Shown here: positions 40,848 through 51,999 of the stretch, one piece after another
How the letters are laid out: each line of letters begins with the position of its first letter
Position numbering within the stretch: position 1 is the first letter of the stretch
Assembly (NCBI GenBank): GCA_041402025.1
Contig: JAWKTA010000009.1
Location: forward strand, 32,574 to 96,573
Length of the DNA: 64,000 nt
Source of the DNA: Phycisphaerales bacterium
Lineage (GTDB): Bacteria > Planctomycetota > Phycisphaerae > Phycisphaerales > Phycisphaeraceae
Reading direction: 5' to 3'
Program-made: the position numbers and the translations under genes
The notes under the pieces: model-generated
The model's input: only the letters and a program-made list of their open reading frames with translations
What the model was told of the DNA's origin: nothing
Database searches by the model: none

Positions 40848-43800
40848 ATCAGACGGAAGCCAACACGTCGGATTCACCGACCGGCTCATCCGCTTCTGCC
40901 TCGAACAGAAGCTGGTCGTATTCCTCTCAGCCCTATTAATTTTGTCATGGGGCGTGCTGGTAGCGCCGTTCGACTGGCGACTCGAGAGCCTGCCCCGAAA
41001 CCCCGTCCCCGTGGATGCGATCCCTGACCTCGGCGAAAACCAGCAGATCGTCTTCACAGAGTGGATGGGACGGAGCCCCCAAGACATCGAAGACCAGATC
41101 ACTTACCCGCTGACGGTTTCCCTGCAGGGTATACCGGGCGTTAGGAGTCTCCGGAGCTTCTCTTATTTCGGCTTCTCTTCGATCTATGTGATCTTCGAGG
41201 AAGGTATCGATTTTTACTGGTCGCGCAGCCGTATCCTCGAAAAGCTCGCGAGCCTCCCGCCCGGGACGCTGCCTGCGGATGTCCGTCCCGCACTGGGCCC
41301 GGATGCTACGGCGCTTGGGCAGGTTTACTGGTACACCCTCGAAGGACGCGACCCGAACGGCGAACCCATCGGGGGCTGGGACCTCGACGAACTCCGGGCC
41401 GTGCAGGACTTCACCGTCCGGTACGCGCTCGCCGGGACGCGGGGCGTCTCGGAGGTCGCGTCCGTCGGCGGATTTGTCCGTGAGTATCAGATCGATGTTG
41501 ACCCTGACGCGATGCGCGCCACCAGCGTTACACTCGCCCAGGTTTACGACGCCATCCGCCGGTCCAACCTCGACGTCTCCGCGGGCTCGATTGAGAAAAA
41601 CCACGTCGAGTACCTCATCCGCGGGCTCGGTTTTATCGAGAACCTCGACGATATACGCCAGGTTGTCGTCGCCGAACGGGACAACACGCCGATCACGATT
41701 CAGCAGATCGCCAATGTCTCACTGGGCCCCGCCCCGCGTCGTGGCGTGCTCGACAAGGACGGCGCCGAGGCCGTAGGCGGCGTCGTGACCGCCCGCTACG
41801 GTGTCAACCCGCTTGAAGTCATCCTCCGTATCCACGATGCGGTAGACGAATTGTCCGTCGGTCTCCCGCGCAAGGCCGTGATCGACTACACGGCCGTAAC
41901 AAGGATGAGGTTGCCGCTCGCGGAAGAGCAAGGCTTCGACGCATTTACCGGCCCGGCCGGCTTTGACCTCGCCGGGGACGCTTGGCTCTCCTGGCTCGAC
42001 GCTCATGCACCCGCCGACCGGCCCGCCTGGGTCAACATAAGCAAGATCACCGTTGTCCCGTTCTATGACCGCAGCGGGTTGATCTACGAGACACTCGACA
42101 CACTCAACGATGCGGCTCATCCAGCAGGTCCTGATCACCGTCATCGTTGTGATCGTGATGGTGTTGCACCTGCGTAGCAGCCTGGTAATCAGCCATGCTG
42201 CCCATGGCGATCCTTATCGCGTTCGTTGCCATGAAACTGTTCGGGGTCGACGCCAACGTGGTCGCCCTGGCGGGGATCGCGATCGCGATCGGCACGGTCG
42301 TCGATGTCGGCATCGTGCTTGCCGAAAACGTCCTCAAGCACCTGGACCAGGCGGACCCGGACGAGCCCAGGCTCGAAGTGGTCTACCGTGCCTGCCGGGA
42401 GGTCGGCAAGCGCGTAATGACCGCCGTGCTCACGACCGTTGTCGGCTTCCTGCCCGTCTTCACCATGGTCGGCGCCGAGGGCAAGCTGTTCCGGCCGTTA
42501 GCCTTCACCAAGACATTCGCGCTACGATCGCTTCCATCCTCATCGCGCTGACTTTGTTGCCGCCGTTGTGCCATCTGCTGTTGGCGAAGCGCGTAAACAA
42601 AAGCCGTTGGCAACCACCCAAACGTCTCACGGACGCCGGGCGGATCATACTGAGCATCGTCGTCGCCCTGATCGTCGCCGGCATTCTCAGTGAACAATGG
42701 CAACCGCTGGGACGGGACCGCTCGTCCATCGTCAATTACGCGTTTGTCATCGTGCTGGTCGGTGGTTTGCTTCTGCTGTTCCACCTGTTTCAGCTCGCGT
42801 ACGCCTCGATCCTTTGTTGGGCACTTAAGCACAAGGCGTTGTTCCTCTCCATCCCGATCTTCTTGGTCGGACTTGGCCTGTGCATCTGGCTGGGCTTCGG
42901 CACCCTGACCAGTTGGATGCCCGACGCCGTCAAACGCACCGCCCTCTGGCAACGCGCACACGTCGTATTCCCGGGCCTCGGCGCCGAGTTCATGCCCGCG
43001 CTCGACGAAGGGTCTTTCCTCTTTATGCCCTCGACCATGCCCCACGCGTCGATCGGCCAGAGTGCCGACGTACTTAAGCAACTGGATGCGGCGATCCGCT
43101 CCGTGCCCGAGGTGGACCTGGTCGTAGGCAAGGTCGGCCGTGCTGATTCCCCGCTCGACCCGGCGCCGATCTCCATGATCGAAACGGTGGTCCACTACAA
43201 GCCCGAGTACCGTGTCAATGAACAAGGCCAGCGTGTCCGGCAGTGGCGTGACCACATCCGCACGCCCGATGATATCTGGGCCGAGATACAAGCCACCGCA
43301 CAACTGACCGGCGTCACCAGTGCCCCCAAGCTCCAGCCCATCGAGACACGCCTGGTCATGTTGCAGACCGGCATGCGCGCCCCCATGGGCATCAAGGTAC
43401 GCGGGCCGGACCTCGGCACAATCGAGGCTTTCGGCTTTGAGCTGGAACGCATCCTCCGTAACACACCGAGCGTCAATCCCGCCACCGTCAACGCAGACCG
43501 TATCGTCGGCACGCCCTACCTGGAGATCGATATCGACCGCAAAGCGATCGCCCGCTACGGCATCAATATCGCCGACGTGCAACGTGTTATCGAGGTGGCG
43601 ATCGGCGGACGTACCGTCACCACCACCGTGGAGGGACGCGAGCGCTACGCCGTGCGTGTCCGTTATATGCGCGAACTTCGCGACTCGATCGATACATTCA
43701 GCGAGGTCCTCGTAAGTTCGGCGGACGGCACACAGCAGGTCCCCCTGACCGACCTCGCCGAAGTCTCTTACGAACGTGGCCCACGCATGATCAAGAGCGA

Positions 43801-44581
43801 AGACACGTTTCTCGTCGGCTATGTCACCTTCGGCCCGACCGCCGGCAAGACGGAGATGGAGGTTATCGAGAACGTCCGCGCACGCATCAATGCCGCCGTG
43901 GCCGAAGGCACGCTGATAGTCCCACCCGGCGTCAGTTACCGCTTTGCCGGCAGCTTCGAGAACCAGGTCCGTGCCGCCAAGACTCTCATGGTCGTGCTCC
44001 CACTCTCGCTGGCCGTGATCTTCCTTATCCTTTATTTGCAGTTCAGGTCGGTCCCCGTGGCTTTGATCATCTTCTCCGGCGTGGGTGTTGCCTGGGCGGG
44101 CGGGTTCCTGCTGATCTGGGCATACAACCAGCCCGGTTTCCTGGACTTCAACCTCTTCGGCGAAAACATGCGCGAGGTCTTCCGTATCCAGCCGATCAAT
44201 CTCAGTGTCGCCGTGTGGGTCGGCTTCTTGGCATTGTTCGGTATCGCGACCGACGACGGCGTTATCATGGCTACTTACATCAAGCAGCGGCTGACCGAGT
44301 CCAAGCCCGCTTCACGTGACGAGGTCCGCTCCGCCATCCTCGACGCCGGGTTGCGACGCATCCGGCCGTGCCTGATGACCACCGCCACCACCATCCTTGC
44401 TCTCTTACCCGTCCTGACCGCCAGCGGCCGAGGCTCGGGCATCATGCTCCCGATGGCCATCCCCAGCGTCGGGGGCATGCTCATCGCGATGCTGACGATG
44501 TTTGTAGTGCCTGTTCTGCTTAGCGCGGTTGCAGAAATCCGGATCACGAATACGGGTGAGAGAAGTATCTCTCAAGTGTAG
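40840..44581 (+). pseudogene. heavy-metal RND pump (CusA/CzcA family) broken by three frameshifts
   Basis: AIPDLGENQQIVFTEWMGRSPQDIEDQITYPL at the N-terminus. The protein is spread over ORFs 40840..42177, 42110..44581 (short correct stretch LIQQVLITVIVVIVMVLHLRSSLVIS), 42195..42551 (MLPMAILIAFVAMKLFGVDANVVALAGIAIAIGTVVD...) and again 42110..44581 from ATIASILIALTLLPP onward. Shifts are near 42112-42116, 42191-42195 and 42518-42524. Confidence 0.85.
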
Positions 44582-45157
44582 AAAAACAGATAAATCGACG
44601 TGACAGCAGCGTTAGAATGAATCATTGATTCACCGGTGTAAAATGTACTCCGATAGCGACTATTTTCACAATGCCTTCATTGCGGGTGTAAGTAATTGGT
44701 GCGTCAAGTAATTTCACCCCGGCCCGCTCGCCCATCGTGTCATCCAGCATCCGCCGGCCGCTGCCCGGGTGGTCAAGCCCGCCGGTCCAGGCGACGCGCC
44801 GTGCGGTCGTAGGGGGCGCGCAACTTACCTGTGTGCTGGTAGATCAGGCGTTCGGTCGTCTGGCGTGTGCCCGTTTTGAGGTCGCGTGAGTGATAGCGGG
44901 TGGTCAGGAATGGGGAGGGGGAGATTTACGATCCACGACCGGGGACAACAACGACGCGACGGGTAGCGGCGGCACATCACTGTTCCTGGCCCCCGAACCC
45001 ACCGCGTTCATCCCGAGATTAGCAGGGGTGTTGGAAGTTGTCGGTCACAGGCGCAGGGCTGTTTAAGGTCAATGAAGATATCTGCGCATACATGCCGCAA
45101 ACGGTGCAACAAAGCGCGGCATATGCTAATCACAAGCGGTAACAGCGGGGCTTACAT

Positions 45158-46285
45158 TCACACCGCGACGGCGTTCTTGAGCGTGAGGTTTGCGCCGTAG
45201 GTGCCGGGCTCGAAGATGTGGACCTTGTGCATGTCCAGATACATCTTGACGGTGGAGTTGGCTTCGAGCGGCTCGGCCTTGATGCGGGCGACGAGACGCT
45301 GGTCTTCGCTGGTCTGCGTGTAGACGTCCATCGTGCTGCCAAGTGGTTCGACGACGCCGACGGTGACGCTGACGGTCTGTTCCTCGTTGCTTGCGCCGTC
45401 GGTGGGGCGGAGGTACAGGGCCTCGGGGCGGATGCCGATGACGGCGTCCTGGCCGACCTTGCCCTGGCAGAGCTGGGCCTGCTCGGGGGTGAGCTTGATC
45501 TTGACGCCCGAGCCCTCGAAGGACACTTCGCCGCCGCTGCCGGTGAGCTGGCCGTCGAGGAAGTTCATCGGCGGGGTGCCGACGAAGCTGGCGACGAAGC
45601 GGTTGACGGGGTAGTTGTAGACGTTCAGGGGCGTATCGCACTGCTGGATCAGGCCGTCGGACATGACGACGACGCGGTCGCCGAGGGTCATGGCCTCTTC
45701 CTGATCGTGGGTGACGTAGATGGTCGTGGTCTGCAGGCGGTGGTGCAGGCGTTTCAGTTCGGCGCGTGTTTCGACACGGAGCTTGGCGTCGAGGTTGGAT
45801 AGCGGCTCGTCGAAGAGGAAGCACGCGGGGTCGCGGACGATGGCCCGGCCGACGGCGACGCGCTGGCGCTGGCCGCCGGAGAGCGCTTTGGGTTTGCGGT
45901 CAAGCAGTTTGGTGATCCCGAGGATCTCCGCGGCGTGGCGGACCTTCTGGTCGATCTCGGCCTTGGGCACCTTGCGGAGCTTGAGCCCGAAGGCCATGTT
46001 CTTGTAAACGGTCATGTGCGGGTAGAGCGCGTAGTTCTGAAAGACCATCGCGATGTCGCGGTCCTTCGGCGGCACATCGTTGACGACGCGGTTACCGATG
46101 CGGATCGTGCCGTCGGTGATCTCTTCGAGGCCGGCGACCATGCGCAGCGTCGTGCTCTTGCCGCAGCCGGACGGGCCGACGAGGACGATGAATTCCTTGT
46201 CCTTGATATGCAGGGTGATATCGTCCACGGCCCTGACATCGCCGGGGTACACCTTGACAACATTATCGATCAGGACTTCGGCCAT
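45158..46285 (-). CDS. sugar-type ABC transporter ATP-binding protein (MalK/UgpC/MsiK-like), with no adjacent permease genes
   Basis: The start is placed at the internal ATG (MAEVLIDNVVKVYPG). GPSGCGKSTTLRMVAGLE, LSGGQRQRVAVGRAI, FLFDEPLSNLDAKLR, and a C-terminal TOBE-like regulatory domain. Confidence 0.85.
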   Translation of the reverse strand: MAEVLIDNVVKVYPGDVRAVDDITLHIKDKEFIVLVGPSGCGKSTTLRMVAGLEEITDGTIRIGNRVVNDVPPKDRDIAMVFQNYALYPHMTVYKNMAFGLKLRKVPKAEIDQKVRHAAEILGITKLLDRKPKALSGGQRQRVAVGRAIVRDPACFLFDEPLSNLDAKLRVETRAELKRLHHRLQTTTIYVTHDQEEAMTLGDRVVVMSDGLIQQCDTPLNVYNYPVNRFVASFVGTPPMNFLDGQLTGSGGEVSFEGSGVKIKLTPEQAQLCQGKVGQDAVIGIRPEALYLRPTDGASNEEQTVSVTVGVVEPLGSTMDVYTQTSEDQRLVARIKAEPLEANSTVKMYLDMHKVHIFEPGTYGANLTLKNAVAV

Positions 46286-46537
46286 AGAAAGCACCTCGCA
46301 AGCGGCCAGATGAAACCCGTGACGCCGGGCCCGGGTCCGGAGGGGCGGGTCGAGCGACCGTTTCCACGCCGCAGCCGGTCGGACCATTCTAGCGGAAAGT
46401 ATGCCCCTTGTGGTAGTTAGATTTATCGGATTCCCAGGCGATTTACCGGGGCGTCATGGAACATGCGGTGGCGGGAAATGACAAACTACCGTGTTGTGCC
46501 GACGGCTTGAGAGGACCTATCTAAATGGATGAGGTTC

Positions 46538-47347
46538 CTACCGACGCCGCAGCATCCAACAGGCAAGGCCCGTAAGGAACATGCCCGGAACGAACGGCTC
46601 GGGAACGCTGGCCGATGGCGGCGCGGACGAATAACCCGTGTTCCAGTTACCCAAAACGGCGTTGAGGTCCGCGATCCCGATAAAGCCGTCCCAGTCGGCA
46701 TCCGCGCCTAGCATCGGGGTAACGCCGTTCCCGAAGTCACCGAGCACCATGTTCAGGTCCGCGATGCCGACGTAGCCGTCCTTGTCGAGGTCGCCGAAGT
46801 GCGGCAGGTCGGCGTAAGCATCGAGCTTGTAGTTGAACATGTCGCAGCAGCCGGCGTCGTTGGCACCCGCCAGGTGCAGTTGATCCCCGGCGACCGAGAC
46901 GCGGACGGTCATCGGTTGGCCCTGACCATCCACACCCTTGAACAACAGGCCACGGAACCCGGGCCCGTGGACGAACGAGCCTTCCAAACCGGTGAGGTTC
47001 AGCAGCGTGTCCAGGTCCGACCCGCCCAGCCAGCCCGGGCCGCCAAGAAACCCCGGTGGGCCCGTCAACCGGGCATCCACGTCCGCGAACGAGACAAACG
47101 GGACCAGCGAGATCGTCGGCGGATCAAACACCTCGTCGTACCCGATCGCGATGCCAAACGTGCCCTCGATACCGTACAGGTCGTTGATCCCCGCGAACCC
47201 GCCTGTGATACCTAGCTGGCTTTTGTCGCTGTCGAAGGTAAACGCGTGAAAGATGATCGGCGGGATCGCACGGGCGGGCATGCTGAACGCAAACAATAGC
47301 GCCACCACGATACCGACAGTGAACGGTTTGAATCCTGCCCTAGCCAT
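46538..47347 (-). CDS. secreted protein with dockerin-like repeats and a PEP-CTERM tail
   Basis: Signal peptide ...FAFSMPARA. C-terminus GDLDKDGYVGIADLNMVLGDFGNG...DADWDGFIGIADLNAVLGNWNTG...VPEPFVPGMFLTGLACWMLRRR. Confidence 0.75.
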   Translation of the reverse strand: MARAGFKPFTVGIVVALLFAFSMPARAIPPIIFHAFTFDSDKSQLGITGGFAGINDLYGIEGTFGIAIGYDEVFDPPTISLVPFVSFADVDARLTGPPGFLGGPGWLGGSDLDTLLNLTGLEGSFVHGPGFRGLLFKGVDGQGQPMTVRVSVAGDQLHLAGANDAGCCDMFNYKLDAYADLPHFGDLDKDGYVGIADLNMVLGDFGNGVTPMLGADADWDGFIGIADLNAVLGNWNTGYSSAPPSASVPEPFVPGMFLTGLACWMLRRR

Positions 47348-47589
47348 TTGTGTTTCCTCCTCGATGGTGTGTCTTACCGGGGAAGGTCAGGTTCAGGATA
47401 ACCCGTCACACTGGGCAATTTCAAGAAAAATGCCGGTGGATGCGGGAGGAATCCCTAAAAAATCGGGCCTGTGAACGGTGCGGATGGGGGGGCGGGACAG
47501 TGAAGTAAAGAAAAACGGCCGCCCACCGTCAGGTGGGCGGCCGTGTGAGGTTATGTAGCACCCGGCTTGGCCGGATGTTGCGTGGCAGA

Positions 47590-49467
47590 TCAGCGGCGAC
47601 GCTTGAGCATGGCCAAGCCGCCGAGGCCCAGCAGCGCAAGGGTTGCCGGTTCGGGCACAGCGCTGGCGGACGGCGGGGTGCCGTTGTTCCAGTTGCCCAG
47701 GACCTTGTTGAGGTCGTCGATACCAACGAACCCGTCGCCGGACGGATCACCCTGGAGCTTGTCGCCAGCCGTGACGGTGGCGTTCCAGTTGCCCAGGACG
47801 AGGTTCAGGTCGGCGATGCCGACGAACCCGTCACAGTTCAGGTCGCCTTCGATGCAGCCGCCGCCGCCGCCGTAGGTCACGCCGTTGATCGTGAACGTGC
47901 CGTCGGAGTTGGTGACGGCGACGCTGTTGCCGCCGGGGCTGAAGACCTGGGCGAGCTCGGCACCGTTGGAAGTCACATAGATGTTGCCCGCGAGGTCCAT
48001 CGCGATTGGCGAGCGGATACCGCCGCCGGCCGTGTCGATGCCGATGGTACCGAGCATGATGTCCTGCGGGGTGGCGTCACCGTTGACGGCCAGGCCGGCG
48101 TCGGTGAGGTCCAGATCGGGCACGCCGTTGGCGTCCAGCGGGACGATGATCACGTCGCCGGGGCCGAAGAAGTCATTGATGCCGTTGCCGCCCACGCCGA
48201 CCACGCTGCGGTGGATCGCCATGAAGCTGCCGTCAGCCGCGATGGCCGCGTCGGCGCTGCCACGGAAGATGTCCTGGATGCCGTCCCACAGCGGGAACAG
48301 CAGGTCATCTTCGGTGCCGTCCAGGCCGTTGTCGATCGAGAACTGCTTGGAGTTGAACAGGATCGTGCTGAAGTCGCCGTCGAAGATCAGCAGACCGGTC
48401 TCGTTGCCGTCGTTGCGGCGTGAGGTGACAACGAAGTTGTCGTGGACCGAGTCGTAGGTGACGTCGATATCGACGCTCTGAACGTCACCGAACAGCAGGC
48501 GTGAGCCGTCGCTGTTGGTGCCGATCGTGCCCAGGTCGACCGCGAGTTCGGCCGGGCCGGCGTAGCCGGTCGCGCCGGGATCGGAGCCAATATCGTAGCG
48601 CCAGATGTTCTGGTACGGGGCGACCGTGGGGTTGCCGTTCTTGTCAAGGGCCTTGTCTTCGTCGATGGTCCAGATCTGGAAGTCACCGCCGCTGAGCGAA
48701 CCCTTGAAAATCGGGGTGCTGACGACCGAGCCGTGCGTGGACGGATTCAGCGGGTCGTTGACGGTCGCGGTCACGCCGCCGGGGTTCGCCAGGAGCAGGT
48801 TGCCGGTGCTCACGTCGGCGTTGGCGATGTAGACGCCGCCGAAGGCGTCGGACCAGTCGCTGATCAGCAGGTTGTCGTCTTTATCGACTTCCAGGCGGAA
48901 AGGCGAGCTGCTGCCGCCGGTGGTGAAGTAGGTCGTCAGGGCGCCGCCGCCGTCACGGGCTGCGGAGGTGTCGTTGGGGTCGGTGATGCCGCCGAGGTCC
49001 GTGCCGTCGGCGTTGAAGGCGTAGATGCCGTCACCCAGCGAGCGGCCGCTCGCGGTGCTGGTCGCGGCGCGGTGGGAGACGTAGAACTGCCCGAAGCTCG
49101 CGCTGCCGGGGTTCATGTTGACGGCGACGCCGTTGGCGCGCTCGAACGCCATCATCGCGTTGCCCAGGCTGACCGAGCTCTCGGTCCAGCCGGCGGCGGC
49201 GGTGTTCGACACCTCGATCGAGTAGGTGCTGAAGCCGGTCATGTCGAACGACGCGGCGCCGGCGCTGGCGCCATTGATCACGATCTGGTTGCCGCCGTCA
49301 CGGGTGATCGTCACGGTGGTCGCCGCTTCGTTGAGCACGTAGTTGACGGTGTTGCCGGTCTGCGAGACCTGCGCCGCATAAGGCACAGCCATCGCGGTAC
49401 CGGACACCGACACGACGGCCGCCGAAGCGACACATGCGAGCAGGGCCTTGGTCGAGTAGCGAGTCAT
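47590..49467 (-). CDS. large secreted protein (beta-rich) with dockerin-like repeats and a PEP-CTERM tail
   Basis: Signal peptide ...VSVSGTAMA. C-terminus GDLNCDGFVGIADLNLVLGNWN...GDPSGDGFVGIDDLNKVLGNWNNGTPP...VPEPATLALLGLGGLAMLKRRR. Confidence 0.75.
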   Translation of the reverse strand: MTRYSTKALLACVASAAVVSVSGTAMAVPYAAQVSQTGNTVNYVLNEAATTVTITRDGGNQIVINGASAGAASFDMTGFSTYSIEVSNTAAAGWTESSVSLGNAMMAFERANGVAVNMNPGSASFGQFYVSHRAATSTASGRSLGDGIYAFNADGTDLGGITDPNDTSAARDGGGALTTYFTTGGSSSPFRLEVDKDDNLLISDWSDAFGGVYIANADVSTGNLLLANPGGVTATVNDPLNPSTHGSVVSTPIFKGSLSGGDFQIWTIDEDKALDKNGNPTVAPYQNIWRYDIGSDPGATGYAGPAELAVDLGTIGTNSDGSRLLFGDVQSVDIDVTYDSVHDNFVVTSRRNDGNETGLLIFDGDFSTILFNSKQFSIDNGLDGTEDDLLFPLWDGIQDIFRGSADAAIAADGSFMAIHRSVVGVGGNGINDFFGPGDVIIVPLDANGVPDLDLTDAGLAVNGDATPQDIMLGTIGIDTAGGGIRSPIAMDLAGNIYVTSNGAELAQVFSPGGNSVAVTNSDGTFTINGVTYGGGGGCIEGDLNCDGFVGIADLNLVLGNWNATVTAGDKLQGDPSGDGFVGIDDLNKVLGNWNNGTPPSASAVPEPATLALLGLGGLAMLKRRR

Positions 49468-49928
49468 CTTATCCTTCTCCTAAATATGAGGAACAGAAAC
49501 AGGGGTCCGAGTAAACAATCTTCAGCATGAACACGGACAAAAACATACGGCCGACCACACTCGGGCCGGGCGGATGTAACTACCTAGCACAATGGACAGC
49601 CATGACATCAGCACGCAATCTGTCGCCCATCCTGTCATGAAATGACGCATCAAACTCCCACCTGGCACCGCCCGTACAAGCCACCGGGCGCCGCCATACA
49701 CCTCACTATTCTACATCAATAATCCCAAGAATAACAGCCTAATTATGTAAGAAACTGCGTAACCCTTCACTTCCTATCTTTCCCAAGCGGGGCCGATTAC
49801 CCCGCTTAACATTCATGTACCCCGAAAACCACGACTCAGGCGGCTTGAACCGCCGTCAAAACCCGGCCGCACACCCCACACGCTTTATTCACCCACCCCC
49901 ACAATCTATCCTTCGCCGAAATCATGGT

Positions 49929-50897
49929 TTACCGCAGGTCCCACTTGTTGTTCTCGGGATCGGCATCGTAGTCGGTCAGCGCGTCCGGGCCGTAGGGGTT
50001 TTCCGGATCGGCGACGGCGAAGCTGTCGCCGTGACCGTCGGCCCAGGCGACGTTCACCGAGCTGTTGTGCCTCGGGTCGGGGAAGCCCGTGTGATTCGTT
50101 TTAGTCGGGTCAATGAAACCCGGGTAGACATAGCTCATGCCGATCTTGATATCGACCGGCGGGTTCCGGTTGGCGAGCGTTGTTTCCAGCTTGTAGTTGC
50201 GCGAGTCGGTGAGCGTGATGGTTTCCGAGGGCTTGTCGACCTCGCTGGCGTTGGCGGAGGAAGAAAAAACATGGGCCGCGGGGTAGGCCCCGTTGATGGT
50301 CGCGATCAGCGTGCGGTTGCCGTTCATCCGTGCCGCAGCGTCGTTTTTCATCAGCCGGCCGTAGCCCGAGCCGAGGTAGTAGGCGTTCAGGCCGTATTCG
50401 GCGTAGTTCCACCCGGCCCAGGCGGTGTCGCCCGCGGTTTCGCCGGCGGTACACTGCGTGAAGTCGCGTGTCGCGCTGCCGGGGATCGGGATCGAGTCCA
50501 TCGTCGGGCAGTCAAACGCCAGCGGGCCCGGCAGGTACCCGTCCAGGACGAACTTCGCCGTCCACCACGCGCCCGGCGAGCCGTCGGCATTGCTCGGCGC
50601 CGCCAGGCCGCTCTGGGCGTAATTCACCGGGGCCTGCGTCCACCGGTCGCTGAAGATGTAGATCGGGTAAAAATCCTTGTTGTCCGAGCAGTAGGCCACG
50701 ATCGCGACCCCCGTCTGCCTGACATTGCTCAGGCATACCGCCTTCTGTGCGCTGCGCCGCGCCGCGCCCAGCGCCGGCAACAAGATCCCCACCAATAGCG
50801 CGATGATGGAGATGACGACCAGCAGCTCGATGAGCGTGAAGCCCCGCGCAATAACCGCCGCTTTCGCACCATCACGCTGAAGCGGGCGTGTCACCAT
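49929..50897 (-). CDS. DUF1559-type protein (prepilin-like N-terminal methylation motif plus C-terminal H-X9-DG)
   Basis: RGFTLIELLVVISIIALLVGILLPAL at the N-terminus and RHNSSVNVAWADGHGDSF near the C-terminus. This copy is intact. Confidence 0.8.
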   Translation of the reverse strand: MVTRPLQRDGAKAAVIARGFTLIELLVVISIIALLVGILLPALGAARRSAQKAVCLSNVRQTGVAIVAYCSDNKDFYPIYIFSDRWTQAPVNYAQSGLAAPSNADGSPGAWWTAKFVLDGYLPGPLAFDCPTMDSIPIPGSATRDFTQCTAGETAGDTAWAGWNYAEYGLNAYYLGSGYGRLMKNDAAARMNGNRTLIATINGAYPAAHVFSSSANASEVDKPSETITLTDSRNYKLETTLANRNPPVDIKIGMSYVYPGFIDPTKTNHTGFPDPRHNSSVNVAWADGHGDSFAVADPENPYGPDALTDYDADPENNKWDLR

Positions 50898-50999
50898 CTC
50901 GGCCTACCCTCATCTATTGAAAGAAAGACTTGACCCCGCCACACACGGCCCGGACGCCGCAGATCAAATGACTACGATAAGCGCAACTAAATCCCACCA

Positions 51000-51911
51000 T
51001 CAGGGCTTGGTCGCGATGATCGGAGCCTGCGCCGCCGGGTCCCAGATACGGCTGTAACCAAACCCACGGTTTTTCTTTGCACCGACCAACTGATTTTGAT
51101 AGGTGTAAATCTCTTCATCGTTTCGTTTGCGGACCTCGCCGTGTCCATCGGCAAACCCGAACGCAGACCCCTCGTTGTGATACCACTTGGATTTGTCACC
51201 GTCGCCCTGATAGGCACCGGGAAGATCATCATACGCGGGAAGCCCGCGGCTTTTGCCGCCGCAGATACATTAACGTCCAAGTTCTCGAAGTACCCATCGT
51301 GCACACCCAGCCCGAATGTACCCATACCCAAAGCATTGGGGATAAGCGCCGCCTTCATCAACCAGAAAGATCAGATTAGACGGCTCAACAAATCTTATCC
51401 GACTGCGGGATAAACGGTATTGCCTTGTTCTTCCGAATTATTAACCACAACCTCAACGGCGGGGTCGACAGAGGTCCCCGGGAAATTGGGGTTTGGGACC
51501 TGTAAATATGATTACTGACGGTGTAGCTCAGGCCGCTGCTGTTAGCTTCGTACGGATCGCTGGGGCAGTTGAAAACGCCGTAGTCCGGCGTGTAGTCCCA
51601 AGGCGAACCATCCGCCATATCAACCGGATACGGTTTCATGCCATTACTGTTGTACGCAGCCTCCATACCTATCCATGCGTTTTCAAATCCGTTTGCGCCG
51701 CGGTCGCCCAGCCGGGCCACCAGCCGTTATTGTCCGCTCCGTAAGCAACATATGCGGTCGAAAGGTTCTTCATGTTCGTCTGGCAGACCAAGGCCGCGCG
51801 ACCTGCGGACAGCCGAGCGCGCGGGCAGGAGGATGCCGACCAGCAGGGCGATGATCGAGATCACCACCAGCAGTTCGATCAATGTGAAAGCTCGATTCGG
51901 TCGCGTGTCAT
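51000..51911 (-). pseudogene. DUF1559-type paralog, heavily decayed (at least five frame breaks)
   Basis: Recognisable pieces lie in different frames: ATG at 51911, RAFTLIELLVVISIIALLVGILLPA, VCQTNMKNLSTAYVAYGADNNGWWPG, GANGFENAWIGMEAAYNSNGMKPYPVDMADGSPWDY, RFVEPSNLIFLVDEGG, LIPNALGMGTFGLGVHDGYFENLDVN, and WYHNEGSAFGFADGHGEVRKRN...IIATKP followed by the stop at 51000. GC is visibly lower than in its neighbours. Confidence 0.75.
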
Positions 51912-51999
51912 ATTCAATATCCTGTTGCTGAAACCAGTGATCGATTCGGTATGTTGCCCGCGTGTGCCACCCGGCCGGACAACCGTGTGTGTCCGGCGT

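Noticed and set aside
42110-44581. ORF 42110..44581 (823 aa) as an independent gene starting MRLIQQ
   Set aside because: Its first ~150 residues are mostly out-of-frame nonsense (RRQRGRPGGDRDRDRHGRR...). Only short stretches and the part from about 42522 onward match RND pumps. It is the 3' portion of the frameshifted pump gene.
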